DNA of 64,000 nt, taken from assembly GCA_051294905.1 (NCBI GenBank), contig CM119371.1, positions 14,262,001 to 14,326,000 of the forward strand. The letters are read 5' to 3'. How positions within the stretch are numbered: the stretch's first letter is position 1; the number at the start of each line of letters is the position of its first letter. Origin of the DNA: Botryllus schlosseri (lineage: Eukaryota). The translations under genes and the position numbers were made by a program. This document shows positions 26,999 through 40,190 of the stretch, in pieces. The notes under the pieces were generated by a model. The model saw nothing but the letters and a program-made list of their open reading frames with translations. It had not been told where the DNA came from and searched no databases.

Positions 26999-27639
26999 GA
27001 TGACTACGGTGCTATCTCGAGCGATAAAATTCCCAAAAATCTTCCAAATTGCAAGTATGACAACTAATTTACATCTTCTCGTCTCGCCTCAAAGTCACCT
27101 ATCCTATTTTAGGTGTAATTTGTCACTTTGTCATAGCAGCCTACTTTGAGTCGTCAAAATGTCGTTGGGACTTTGTCCGCGCTTCGCTCAAGTTAGTGAT
27201 TAGGCGCTTGTCAACTCCAGTTCATTTCAAAACACCCATGCGAGATTATCTTTCCAGTCTTCGCATAGATGAAATACTCAAATTTCCGAGTGAAACTCTT
27301 GATTCGGACTCTCTAGATGCGCCTTGATTGTCTAATATACTCAGACCCTTTGCTAAACACGAATTAAAGCCAAGATGACATCACATCATAATTATCACTA
27401 TTTTTCTTCTTATAATTATCATGGATAAAACAGTGCGATGGATAGAGCGGTACTTATCATATCTAAAGGCTGTTTGCGCCACGGACCTAGATACATGTAA
27501 ATGAGGAAAGCGCATTTACAATATGCCACGAAAATAACATACTGCAGACGTGTATATAAACAGTATACATACGTGTTATATGGTATTTCCTGTCGATATA
27601 TTATATTAGACTACACACTGTACACTGTACAGTGTACAT

Positions 27640-28234
27640 CAGGGGCGGGCAACATATGGCCCGCAGGCCAGACCCGTCCTGGATACTTTCAGCATCCCGC
27701 ACATAGTTTCCGGTCTGATAATGTGGCCCGTGGCTACAGTCTGCCGCAATCCCGCACTACTTGATTACTACGGCAAATTATAGTGGTCAAACGTTATTCT
27801 TTAGTTCACCGTTTTCTTTGTGTTTTGCGTTTATGCGTCACTTAATGACTTCAAGTTTGCCAACCTGAGAAAGATGGTCATGGAATTACTTGTTGTTTGG
27901 GCTTACATTCATTAGGGAGTAAACATTTTCGACCAGGAATATTAGCAAGACAACGCTGCATTCGAATCTAACTGATGTTCAAGTTAAGTCTTTACTAAGG
28001 ATGTTGACAACTTTGATCGACCAAAGATGTCTCATTGCTTTCGACAGCCATTGAAGTACATTAATTTATACTGTTTTTGGTCTCTATGCTTTGAACTTGG
28101 TTTACATTAATTACGCCTTATTTTTTGTACAGGTGGATAAATACGCGATTAATGTATCGATTCAGGAGTCCGGCCCGCCAAGTACTTCATTTCCCCATAT
28201 TCGGCCCGCCGACAGGAGAAGTTGCCCGCCTATG
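27640..28234. mobile_element. hAT/Charlie-like MITE
   Basis: CAGGGGCGGGCAAC...GTTGCCCGCCTATG termini, GGCCCG motifs, partial TSD GTGTA. Confidence 0.75.
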
Positions 28235-28700
28235 GTGTAGCCTACATCGATAGCTATATTCTACGTTACTGAATGGCGTCGTTAGCACTCTGCGCATTTT
28301 CTCAGCATATAGGCTACTTCTTGTAGTTGTAAATGTAAATACCAGCAACCAATCATGTTCAGGTGGTTAATTAGTCTGCGTTGTTCTGTACCGCAGAACA
28401 ACCGATCATCTCGTAGCATATCACATCATATAATCATACTCGTAGTCTATATTAGCTTAACACACTTAAAGTCTATATCATATGAATATATGGCAAATGA
28501 CGGTTATTTTTGAAGTTTTTACACAGCTAAACTTAATCTCGCCCCCTTCTAGAACGATGTAAAGTATGAGGAGGTCTTGCTCTCTAGGCTATTTATATAG
28601 ACACAGATAGAACGAAATGGCCGTAGCAGTCGAAGACCAGCGAGCAAAAAGGCTTCAAACCTTGAAATGCCCTACATCTACAAAAGCGTTGACTTCACAC

Positions 28701-28856
28701 CTCGGGTAAAATCGATATGATGGTGATGTAAAAATCCAACGCGTTCCACCCGTTTCTCCAGAACGACTTGAAATCGTCTATCCATTTCAGCAAAATCTCC
28801 GCGATAAATATCCACAGGCAGCAATAATCGCAGGTTCGAATCACGCGAATCAACAT
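28701..28856 (-). CDS. CATSPER2: CatSper2 exon 4, S2-S3 (MLIRVIRTCDYCCLWIFIAEILLKWIDDFKSFWRNGWNALDFYITIISILPE)
   Basis: Acceptor CTACAG|, donor GAG|GTGTGA. Carries the EILLKW and WNxxDF voltage-sensor motifs. Confidence 0.95.
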
Positions 28857-29597
28857 CTGTAGGACACATTTGCAACGAGATGGAAGGGCGATTTTAGCGC
28901 CGTTACATGGCAATCGACTCAAATTCACGATTCTCTGCCATGATATTTTCAAGCTAATGCATAAGTTTATATTGGTAAATGAATTTACCGTACGTATTGA
29001 TCAATATATATACAGGGGCGTCAAAATAGTAACCGTTGGTACTTAAGTATATAATTGTACATTGTACAAGTTGCGCTGTCAACTTCGACTTAATTACAAG
29101 TTACAGTAGCGATTTCCAAGATATGTCAATACAACTTGAAGGGAAAGACGAAGATGACTATTTGAAAGGTAGTCAAGTGTGTAGTTTCAAAGGTATACAT
29201 TTGGTCGAGACGTCGAATACTTCAAGTAACCGATCGAAGGTACTTTTAAAATTTCCACGACTATAACGCAAAATGACTAAGGCCATTACAAATTGGTGGT
29301 ACAGTTTTCGGAAATATATCCAGTTACCGTGATATAGGGGAAAACCTTTTGCAGACGCGACCGCAATTTAAAATAAAATAAAATAAAATCATCAGACACA
29401 CCATTTTGTTTTCCGATGCGGGGAAAAGGTTTTGAACGACTGCTTACAGCAATTATATTAAGAGTTATATACACAGTAACAATTTTGGTGAAATGTAACG
29501 ACACAGCGTTATTCCGAAAGGATTGTATTTAACAAGTTTAAATTATTATAAGAAGTTGATTTCACGAACAAAAATTGTTACCGCTTAATTTGCAATC

Positions 29598-29892
29598 TTT
29601 TTGTTTGTTGTAATCATGGTGTTTATCCACTACTATGGTCACTTACACCAGGCCAATTAATATTCATCTTATTCCGTATAGCTGCCGACTTGTAGCACGG
29701 CCAACTTATACGCTTTTGTAAGACACCGCCTACGCGAATGAGAGGGCGAGTAGGAGCCTAGATCAACTTCCAACACTTAGGTATAGGGATACTGGAGTCG
29801 ACCTCTGTCGGACCGAACGCGCAACCCATTGGTGTTGCCGCTGTGAATTATATCACTATACGCGCAATCACACCACTACGCTATCTTGCAAT
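29598..29892 (-). mobile_element. SINE copy, same family
   Basis: Reverse complement of the same head, core and tail. Confidence 0.8.
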
Positions 29893-31079
29893 GTTAATGC
29901 GACAGTTGCATTAGTACGCTTTCCACCAGCTGCAGAAGCCGCAGCTCAATTTTTCATAAGCTTAACGACATCTCATGCTCTGCTTCAAATAAATAATGAT
30001 AATTCGTTTTCAATATACTCATACCAGTGATATCTGGAAACTCATACTACCACAAAGCTCCATCATTTAGCTGAGCTACTGATGAAGCTGTTATGTACCT
30101 TCGTATCGTATGTACCTTTGCATTCGTATAGTCCCTTATTAAGTAACCAGTGGGTGACCACTGACCAGTATGCTATAGAAAAAAGTCGTCAAACAAGTGG
30201 TCCCCTACTAGGATTTATAAAGGCCTACTATAGCGAATCTGATTATAAGGGAATCTCACTTCCAACCATCAGTCTCACCGCTGGCCAGTGCATTCACAGA
30301 TAAACTGTACAGCACCATCATCGTGAAAGCTTTGGCTTTGTCAAACCAAAAAACTTTTCCCTTTCAAAGGTAAAGTGATGTTTGGTTCGTGCCTCGCAAC
30401 GAGCCCCTCGTTGTCGCAGCTATTCGTTTTTTGATTATTATTATTATACCACGAGATGACAAGGCGATGCAATCGATACTCAAAAACACCGTTAAATGTA
30501 GGAACCAAACAACATCCGTCATCTTTTCGGAAAATAAATTGAATACGGTGAGTTATAAGGCGACCCCAGAAAACGCTTGGGCGATCCCATTTGGGGTCGC
30601 AACTCACGCAGGTTTCCGACCACTGGTTTATACAATTAAACCCGTAGACGTCGTGGAAACACCTATTGTGTTTTCATGAGTGAAAATGTCATCGCAACTG
30701 GGCGAAAGAGCCCATGTATCAAGGCAACTGAATTTATCCTCACATCTATGTTTGTAGTATCATTGGTCATTTCGCGTTAATCTGGAAGATGCTCGTGCCT
30801 TTTCGAAAATGCTATAAGATGCGACTCTTCGATCAAATCTACCCGCTGAAACTATACTCACTTGAGTACTTGTCAGCTTTCTATTTATACTTGGAGCAGT
30901 TCATATGACTTGGAAATTACTATACTTCCACTTGTAATTCAGCGAAAAGTTACGGCCTCACATCTGCCTCTATAGTTAAACGCCACTAATGACTGCTTGG
31001 ACAATCTCTGCTGATGTTTGGTCTCAATAGTCACTGAAAATTGAATACCGAACCAAATATAGCTTGATATATAGCTTAC

Positions 31080-31277
31080 GTGGTTAGCTTCATCCGTCGT
31101 GTCGGATATTTCCGTATCAAGAACGAGAAGAATCGCGTTGAAAATGATCAGCATCAGCATGAAGTTCTGAAACCAGTTGCTCTCCACCACCCAATTCGCC
31201 CACAGATCAAGCGGAGGATATTTCGTTTCGCGACACTTGATCCTCTTCCATCTCCTGTCTTGCTTTGTATATATGCC
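31080..31277 (-). CDS. CATSPER2: CatSper2 exon 3, pre-S1 and S1 (GIYTKQDRR...YPPLDLWANWVVESNWFQNFMLMLIIFNAILLVLDTE...ANH)
   Basis: Acceptor CTACAG|, donor CAC|GTAAGC, phase 0/0. The PPLxLWAxWV motif is typical of CatSper2. Confidence 0.92.
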
Positions 31278-33397
31278 CTGTAGACGTTGTTAGAAGAAAC
31301 CATGATTTTCAAGTCGATACTGCGTATATATCGATACAAATTTGATAACTGTGAAGCGTAGTATTGTCTTGTGTCAAAATCAGAATGAAATTCCAACTGT
31401 CGTAACCGATCAGAGGTGGTTTCTTCTGAATTACATGTGGAAGTTGCAATTCCCAATACATTATCACTATTGGTTCAGGTGGAGGTAGCAAATTACTATA
31501 ATAGCTACTTTGTTAATGCCGTCGTCTCCAAAAATGGCGACGATTGTATTAAGCTGGCTTTCTTCTGTTTTCCAACTGACACCAAACAAGAACACCAAGA
31601 GGATGAATCTGTTATTTGATGACGTTAAAAAAATCTCTCGAAATCCTGACAACATAATAACAAATATCAGCAAACCAGTACTACAACAACATCAAAACAG
31701 ACGACCTCCATCTCGTCACTCCACATATAAATGCACGTGCACCGCAAAGTGCTCGAGGTGGCGAAGGGTGAGCCATAACGAAATAAACCACCGTGACAAA
31801 TGCCTTTACATGCAAAACTATACTTACTTTTAACGTTTTGGATTTTGAAAGCATAAAGTAATGATGGGTGAAATCATCATTAGAATCGCGGGAAATAGTC
31901 ATCACAAAATCTACGGTTTATTTATGAAACAAAAATTTGTCTTCAAGTTTTTGATTATTTTTTTCAATTTTTTTTTGTGGTGGCTTAAGTCACCCGTGGA
32001 TGGGGTGATTTTGAGCGAGCACCATTTGTTGCACTACCACGACAGATAGCAGTCATATATGTCAAACACACAAGTTGAGAAGTTGACTTTGGCCCTCTGT
32101 GGTTGGTAAGATGGTGGAAACATTCCTGCGTACCAGCGGTTGTGAAACCTACGAGTAATCATTGTGCACAGAATTTGTTTTAATGACTCATTCCTTTGCA
32201 GAAATTCCTTGTCCCAGTCTGATCATAACAGTTTTGATTGGATTAGGCAGTTGTCATACCCATGTAATCGATTTGGTTTTTCACAATATTGCCCAGAAAC
32301 AACTAGTTAATAATAGGAAGCCCAAAATTGTTTCCGCTATACAGTGGTCAGCTAATTTCATCTCCAAATCTACTGATGAAGCAGGCTAGCGTCATGGTGA
32401 CTTCAGGTGCTTTCCGTTGCTTTTAATATGCAAATTTCCACATGGAACACCAGTTTACAGGGTCGCACATCTTTTTGACATTCCCTCCGCTTGAACATTC
32501 TTAGTGCTGGTTGTAGCTGATCTTATAAGTAGTGTATATAGGGCCTGGCATCACGCTTAATTTTATATTTCCTTGGTATTTAACTACTTTTGATGACACT
32601 GACAAAAAGGCTAATCCAAACTTTAAAAATATTTGTTTTAGCTGACTGCAAATAGCTGGCCAAAGTCACCCCAGAAATTTTATAGAGAAATGGAAAAATT
32701 GATCGGCCGAGGTATTTTGTGAATTTTGAAATAATGAACTGTAATTTCGAACTGGTAAATCAATAAATGCTGTCATATACATAATCTTTGTCGGCAAATA
32801 AAAGGAAACAGCCTCTACACCAAACAGAAATTTAAGCATATGAATTTTGAGGTGAAATTTTTTACCTCTCCTGTCAATATAAAAAGGAGTGTTATAATGT
32901 TGTACTAAACATATAATTTTCCATAAAAGCACTATGGATGCAGATCGTTGATAAATAACAGCTCAAACCACCCATACGCTGATATCTTGTTAGATGCTTG
33001 CAATAGAAACGATTATTGGTTTTTGTCCAAAGTCACCATTGGCAGTTCCAAGTCATCCCGTGTTACGTCACTTATTTGAGTATTTTTCGCACATTTCATT
33101 TTATACTTCTACTTGAGTAGCAGGACTGACTACAAACAACTCTGGTTGGATATTGCAGAACCCAAATGCAGCACATGTCAATTTACGTATCCACAGCAGC
33201 TTGCAACAAGCTCAAAATCGGACTTCTGTAAATATAGTGCACAGTGCACACTCTTCGTGGATGATTCAATTTTTCATAGCGATGCTACTGTCTACTTATT
33301 GCCACATCCCAAAAAGTATTATTAACTATTATTACCCTATTCGACTGGCTACAATAAAAATACGCCAGGCGTCCATACACAGCTGTAATCATCCTAC

Positions 33398-33575
33398 CTT
33401 TGATTTCATAATAGGGGTGAATTTGACTAAAGCATACGGGTTGTCAGCGATAATCTTCCTTAGCTTCTTCGGATCCTGGATATCTGATGGGTGGTATTTC
33501 GGAGCTTCCAAACCCTGCTCCATTTCATTCAAATTCTCCAGGAGGCGAAAGTCTCGGATCAGCCGCATCCTAAAT
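33398..33575 (-). CDS. CATSPER2: CatSper2 exon 2 (FRMRLIRDFRLLENL...NPYALVKFTPIMKSK)
   Basis: Acceptor CACAG|, donor AAG|GTAGGA, open 178 nt. Resembles the conserved CatSper2 N-terminal cytoplasmic region. Confidence 0.88.
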
Positions 33576-34366
33576 CTGTGATCACATATATGAATGCTTG
33601 GGACTGTTTTAACAGTGAAACCTATTGCAAGAACACTGCCGTGGAATGTAGGCCTATATAAATAATTGAATTATGTGATGCTTCGCTCAAAGTAGACGAG
33701 ATGTGCATTGATCGGGACGGTTAAATGATACTTGAATCAGGAAATCTGTTGTTAAAGGAAGCCTGGATTTCGGATATCAAAAATTATTTTCATTTCGACA
33801 TTGTTCAGTTCGACGTCTCGGTTCAGTCGTTAACGGTCGCATCATCAACGAGCTAAAATGAGTTTACAGATGACCAGGCTTACAACGTCTCCATGAAATA
33901 CAGAATCGCAACAGCTTAGCATTCATATCATCATGACTGGATTGAAGTTGCTTAACTGTATCTAATGAGATTTCTGCGCAATTGCCCACGCGTAGGATTC
34001 GTCTGAATACACAAAACAAGCGCCAACGATGTAATTCAGACCAGTGGTTCACAACCTTTTTTGGTACCGTAGTACGTACGGAGTCGCATGAAGTTTTACC
34101 GCGAAGTTTTTAAAGCATGTGGCTACGAATAGTAACCCCAACAAGAAATAACACAAAACAATTTAATATGTCCATGACTTGATATTGTATTCACTTATTC
34201 AAATGCATGCACATTCGCACGTGGCCTCCTTCAGATTTTATATCGATTATTTTAGCATTGACTGACGCAGATTGGCAAGTTCTATTCATTAAAGCATTTC
34301 AGCACATATACAACGTAGCATTATGTCGTTGTGTGATAGTTCTTCAGTCTTCATAAATACATATGC

Positions 34367-36058
34367 CAGTGGCGGCTCGTGACAATATCGGGTGGTGGGG
34401 CAAGGGCTGCAAGCGACTTTTATCAAGATGACGTCACAATGGCGTTTTCCAACGTAAACAAGTAACTTAATGATGGTACGGTAACACGAATTTCCCGGCA
34501 ACAGTGATTTTAACGTATGTGCCACGAGAGGTCCGCTGGTGAGCTGTGACTTGAAGTGTGGTAACTGCGTAAACTGCGTACGGAACAAAGATTCAACACG
34601 GTTCATGTTCGCATTAGACCTGACTAATTATCTGCAGAAATGGAAATGACTATAACTCGAGAGATAGCGTAAGCCTAATTGGAAAGGTCAACGAATTCGG
34701 ACAGATACGCAATTGTTATCTCATAGATTGGGCCTGTCCTATTGAATCCAAAACATCATTGTAAAGGACTAAGAATAGCAGCCTCGGAAATTTGGTCTCG
34801 GTACAGCATAAGAGATTTTGGCCTTGAAACTGGAGACTGTAACACGACACATACGTTTTTATTACTGTCTTATAGGTCTGCTGCGAAATCACCTTTGAAA
34901 AATATATCACCGAATAAATACGTGGATGAAAGCCTTAAACTTGGTACACTGTTACATGACATTATCGAGAAGTGACATCATGGCCCTTTTCGGTATGGTA
35001 CACTGTCAAAATTAATGCGAACAGACCAACACCGAATTTTGCGTAAAATTTACTGAGGAATAGGCTGATCAAGTGACGAGGGGTTGTACGCAAATGGCTT
35101 GAAGGCCACAATTTCACGGTGAAATTGACATTGGAGAATATACGATCAAAGTAAATATTTGAATGCAAACTGAGAATGATATCATCATCTCACTTAACGT
35201 TACCGCAGATACACCGGCTTTTGCGTGAAATCCGCAATGTGTTGTAGGCTAAAGTGTCAGATCGAAGCACATCTTTACCATACTCGACCTTGATAACGAA
35301 ATTACTGCCCTAATCATTGAGTGTCAACCTTGAGACTTGGCACAGCGTTCGATACTAAAATCAAGACATACCGTGCAAACGCTTATGACGGATCTAGGTA
35401 AGGAGCATCGTTAAACTCAATAGAGACCAATACCGGCTTTTGAGTAAAATCTGTTTGCGATACATGACGGATCAGCACACACTCAACTTCGGAAACGGAA
35501 TTACTACCCTAAACTTTAAGTAGAAACCCTGAAACTTGGGGCAGTGTTAAATACCACCATCACGACATGACATAACAAGTTTCAAGAGTTTTCATGGTGT
35601 GAAACCCCATTAAAATCGACCTATACCAACAAAGGTCGACTAAACGCATATGACGGTAACAGAGTTCAGCTATAGATACGATTGTTACATCACACCTTAA
35701 GGGCACAGAGCTATCGTGCCCCGGTTGCTCGGTAATTTTATGAATAGGAGAGAGTAAATCACCGTTTCTTTATTGTGCGCGGTTTTGAGAGAATAGACAG
35801 TGAAAGCTTGTTATGAGCGCTACCGGGGCAAGCCCCGGCTAGGCATTCGCAAAGCGAAAACACAGAAGAGAATTCGATTTTCGCATAGACTTCGCTATAT
35901 ATGGGCATTTACAAGCGAAAGGACAAGAAGTATACGATTTTCGCTGTGATTTCGGTTTATATAGATAGGTGTGCGTCTATAAATGGTAAAGAATTGTTAT
36001 TGAACAGAATTTTAGGTGGGGCAATGCCCCAGTTGCCCTATAGGACGAGCCGCCACTG
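34367..36058. mobile_element. second copy of the same hAT element, 1692 bp
   Basis: Same TIRs, TSD ACATATGC, lacks one 198-bp unit. Empty site at ~60755-60762. Confidence 0.95.
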
Positions 36059-36422
36059 ACATATGCTAATGTGGCGGAGAATATATACGCGGAGTGTACT
36101 ATTGGATTTATTGCGATTTCTATGGGACTATTAGCCATTATGTCCATGTGGCCTAAAGGTATGGGTAGGCCTATGTGTATGGGCATAGTGAATCATCGGT
36201 AGAACTGAAGAAATATCCCGTTATGTGGCGCTAGTATTCTATAACGTCTGCAGAAATCTTCACGGTTTTCAAATGTGTGCTTGAGCGGCTTATACCTAAC
36301 AAATATCCGTTATTTTAGCACGGATATACAGGAATTGACAATAAATATTCATAGAAGTAAACTACAATTGTGGGATTTTCAGGGGTCAATGATATTCGCA
36401 AGAAATGAAATCCGGTACTCAC

Positions 36423-36478
36423 CGCTCAGCGTTGGGGGATAGAACATCCACCGTCTTATGTTCTTGGTTGCTTTTCAT
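36423..36478 (-). CDS. CATSPER2: CatSper2 coding exon 1 (MKSNQEHKTVDVLSPNAE-R)
   Basis: ATG at 36478 and donor CG|GTGAGT in phase 2, matching the next acceptor. The joined sequence LSPNAERFRMRLIRDF resembles the CatSper2 N-terminal LPRADAIRSRLIDTF. Confidence 0.8.
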
Positions 36479-39400
36479 TGTGATATGTTTCCGAGAGTAT
36501 TATTTCAACCTATAAGCAACCAATATCTAACAAGGTTGACTCCAGAAAATTATAGCCTTCCACTTGAAACTATAATGAACATACAAACGATCTCAAGTTA
36601 TTGTCCAGACGGCGACGCTCACCGCACATGGTAGCCCGTCGAAAATCACGTGCTGCAATGAAATTGAGAGATAATTTCGATATCAGCTGTTTATTACGTC
36701 ACAATTCATGTCAAAGAAATCGGTGAATGGTCAAGCAGGGCAAGTTTTTGCAACTTTCTTTACAACTCCCGGCAGCTTCCTGAATACCCAGAAGATTTGT
36801 CCTACTGGTTTTTCTGGAAAACATGGCCGAAGGCCGTTGGGATGAACTAGTGTAGGGTGTGCAACGAGCGAGTTGCGGCCTATGAAACTCATTCACTGCG
36901 AGGCCAACGCCTTCTGCGTCGGGGCACATGAAGACGTAATGTGTTGGCCGACAAACCGTTGATAAAATACGGTGCCAGAAACATAAGTGGTGACAAAACC
37001 TTGGTCTGAAATTGACCGATGCTGGATGGTCAAACCTTGCTATGTGGATATGTCCCGTTCTGGCAATCTGAGTGGACAGAATAATTCTTGGCCGCTGTGT
37101 TTTGGATAGGAGTGCAAAACAGATTTCAAGACCTGGCCGTTCAGGCACTAGTAGACGTTCTTGTAAAAAAAACCAACAACTTCTTGGCCAAGAATGGTGT
37201 TAGTGAAATAGTTGAAATCAAAACGAGTGAAAAAAGTTGCCTTTTTAATGAGACACTTGATAGCTTGTGCTAGATCGTTGTCAACTTGTCGCACATCCGA
37301 ACAAAATGTTGTTTAACAATTTTCGATTAGTTTGTGAATTGTTAGAATGAAATTTATTTTACAAAAAAGTGCGAATGAAACTCAGAAAGGTTGAAAGCAC
37401 TGGTCTAGAGGAATATAATATTCCAACTTTTTGCAACTTTTCGCGGACCCCACTTTTGGACCGCCACGGATCCCCGCGGATACCCTCAAGTTGTCGTTCA
37501 AAATTAGCTCAATTATCGTGCAACTGTCAACTGTCTCGTGCAAATATTGATTGTAGGCTAGTAATCAACAGCCACAAAACGAATTTTCTTGAAAATAGCA
37601 TCACGCTGTATGTAGAAATTTGGTAGACTTTTATTATTTCGAAACGAATTTTGCAGCAGTGTTTATTGTCTTGAAAATATTCGTCTTTGATTTGATGTGA
37701 ACGAGTGCTGAAAATCCATTTCCGCAAAGATATATTGGTTGCGAATGTAATATTAACGCGTAACGCTTCCGACTACAGCTTTGGTGTGCGTTTTTAATGA
37801 ATAAATCACGTCCAGACTATAGTCATTTCTATCTAGCATCTCATGTTGAAGTTATTTAGTGGTTATATGATAGGAGAAAATGGATTTCGTGGCGAGGTTT
37901 CAATATCTTCATTGGGACAGATTAGGAAAAAAAAGTTCGACATTTCGATTTCGGATGACTGTTTACTAATCAGCTGAGGCTGACAACTTCAAATCCGAAA
38001 TGCTATCTCCAACATTTCATTTTTCCACAAACCCCAACAAAACATTTCTCAGCTATTGGTAATTTGACAATTAAAATGTGTTTGTGCAGCCGGATATTTC
38101 ATCTCAGACGACCATTTTAATGTGTGAGGCCTAAAGTTTTGGCAATATCTAGCGAAAGTGTCTCATGCTTTTCCTAATCATGGAAAATAAAAATTGGGTC
38201 ATCCATCACTTTACCGGTTGAGTAGCACTGCCCTATTTATTTCAACGAGCTTCCCCATGTATGCAACTTTTGGGGGAAATAAGTGTCAATTACCACGGAT
38301 TTGACTGTAGGAAAAACTTGCACTAGTTATTAGACGCGATGATTACAAGTACACGTAGGCCTACATCTCACCGTACAACGCGTTCAACGGAAACGCGTTC
38401 CATCAACGTATAATACGAAACATATTCCAGACACTATCCGAGCGCTGCGCAGCTTCACTGGCAATTTGGAGCCAAACTAAACTCAACGCTTGTCAGACAA
38501 GACAACACTCAACAGAAAGACGATACATGTACTCTGTCTTCTGCAAACGCAATCATTGTTATTATATTTCGTCAAACGCAAGCATTATTATTATACCTCA
38601 TCATATGAATAGAGACGAACGATTTACTGCAATTTTCATTTCTGATGGCAGCGAACAGCTGATTGTGAATAGTATTTTGAATAGCTTGTCATAATAAAGC
38701 AGAGTCATCAGAATCTTACTGCAAACTTCAAATTTCGAAAATTGATCAAGTCTGAAATATGCTCGTGCGGCAAGGATGAAATCTGTGCGTTGCGCGAATG
38801 TTCCGGCAGAGACAGCGGTCAAGCTGTGACTGCATACATTCAAAGAAATGTCTCGAAATCTTCGTCTATAGCGGTTCTTTGTATAATGGTGAACGCAAAT
38901 AAGAAGCAGACCATAATAGCGCCTATACCAGTTGTTCTTAAACTTACTAGACCGCTACCCAAATCTGGCATATCGCAACCGAAGCCACACACACCAAAAA
39001 TAATGCATTTTAATATCAATATGCTACCTCTTAGGAGCATATATGACATGGAGAATGCGCAGACAACGGTTGTACGTTACTCAGCTCTATGGAAAATATG
39101 TTTCACAAACGTGATTTCAAATTTGGGTGCATTTTGTTACTATGCGGCTCTCATTTGTACTGCTACTACTGTTCACACGTAAGGGACTATTCGGCGCCGG
39201 ACTGGACATATCAATATCGAAGGTTTCGGCCAACCGGCGACGGTCTTTTTTATATCAAAGGTTCTTTAGATCTCTTTGACACCGCACTTTGCCCGCATAA
39301 ACTACCGCTCCAAGACAGTGTAATCAGCATTTCCATCGTGCGTCATGGGACCAGCTATATTATGAGGCCTATAATGTAGTTGGCTAACGGAAATCGTTCA

Positions 39401-39696
39401 AATTAAAATCATTTTGAGTACCAGTGCTTCTTTACCAGTGTTACGTGGAACACCAGAAATTATTTGAATCAGTCTCAGGGGTTCCTCGAAGGTCAACATA
39501 CACTCAACTCATACATACGATTTGTGATGGCACGCCCGTATTGACAATCATTGGTTGCGAGTAATTTGAACGATTCAAGTTTCGGTTTGTGACTGATGTT
39601 GTGGTGCGCTGTGCGCATTGGAGTACGCAGAGGAGACTGAGGTTCGAAATTAAAACCACGTCCTTCTGAAATACATATTATATATCTATATATATT

Positions 39697-39926
39697 GAGG
39701 TTGTCCAAAATTTGGAAATGTTACAAATGCTGCGATGTAATGTCTCATTCTATAGATAATTGATGAAAAAAACATGAATGAGCTTGCAAAAGGCCCACAG
39801 AAAAGCCGTTAAGATTTCGTGCAAAGCGGTTGAAAGCAGTAGACGGAGAGCGGGCGTGTCTGCGACCATAGAATAGCGTCGAGACTAGCAATCACAAAAT
39901 CACTGCTCATGCTCATGGTTGGAATC
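39697..39926 (+). mobile_element. diverged terminal fragment of the 58988 element family (another short fragment at ~48317)
   Basis: GGTTGTCCAAAATTTGGAAA...GGGCGTGTCTGCGACCATAGAA aligns with the TIR. Confidence 0.75.
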
Positions 39927-40190
39927 GCGAGATAGAGTAGTGGTATATTTCACGGCTATAACGCCAATGGGTTTCGGGTTCGAGTCCGACTGAGGTCGGC
40001 TCCAGAACTCCTACCTACGTGTTGGAGGTTTAGCTAGGCTTCTTCCCGCCTTGTCAACCGCGTTGGCGGTGTCTAAAGCGGGCCGTGCTAGAAGTCAGCA
40101 GATATCGAATAAAAATGAATAATGTCGGCCTGGTGTAAATGACGATCGTTGTCGACAAACACCATGAATACCATAAAGCAAACAAACAAA
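39927..40190 (+). mobile_element. tRNA-derived SINE, full-length copy
   Basis: A-box-like TAGAGTAGTGG, B-box GGTTCGAGTCC, core CGGCCTGGTGTAAATGAC...AACACCATGAATA, (CAAA)n tail. Confidence 0.8.

Noticed and set aside
31530..31600. THAP-like fragment LAFFCFPTD
   Set aside because: Too short, with no flanking C2CH residues.
33153..33581. 142-aa plus-strand ORF
   Set aside because: Largely antisense to CatSper2 exon 2, with no recognisable motif.
36598..36618. RFX X-box upstream of CatSper2
   Set aside because: Only one half-site-like match, and it differs in the duplicate.
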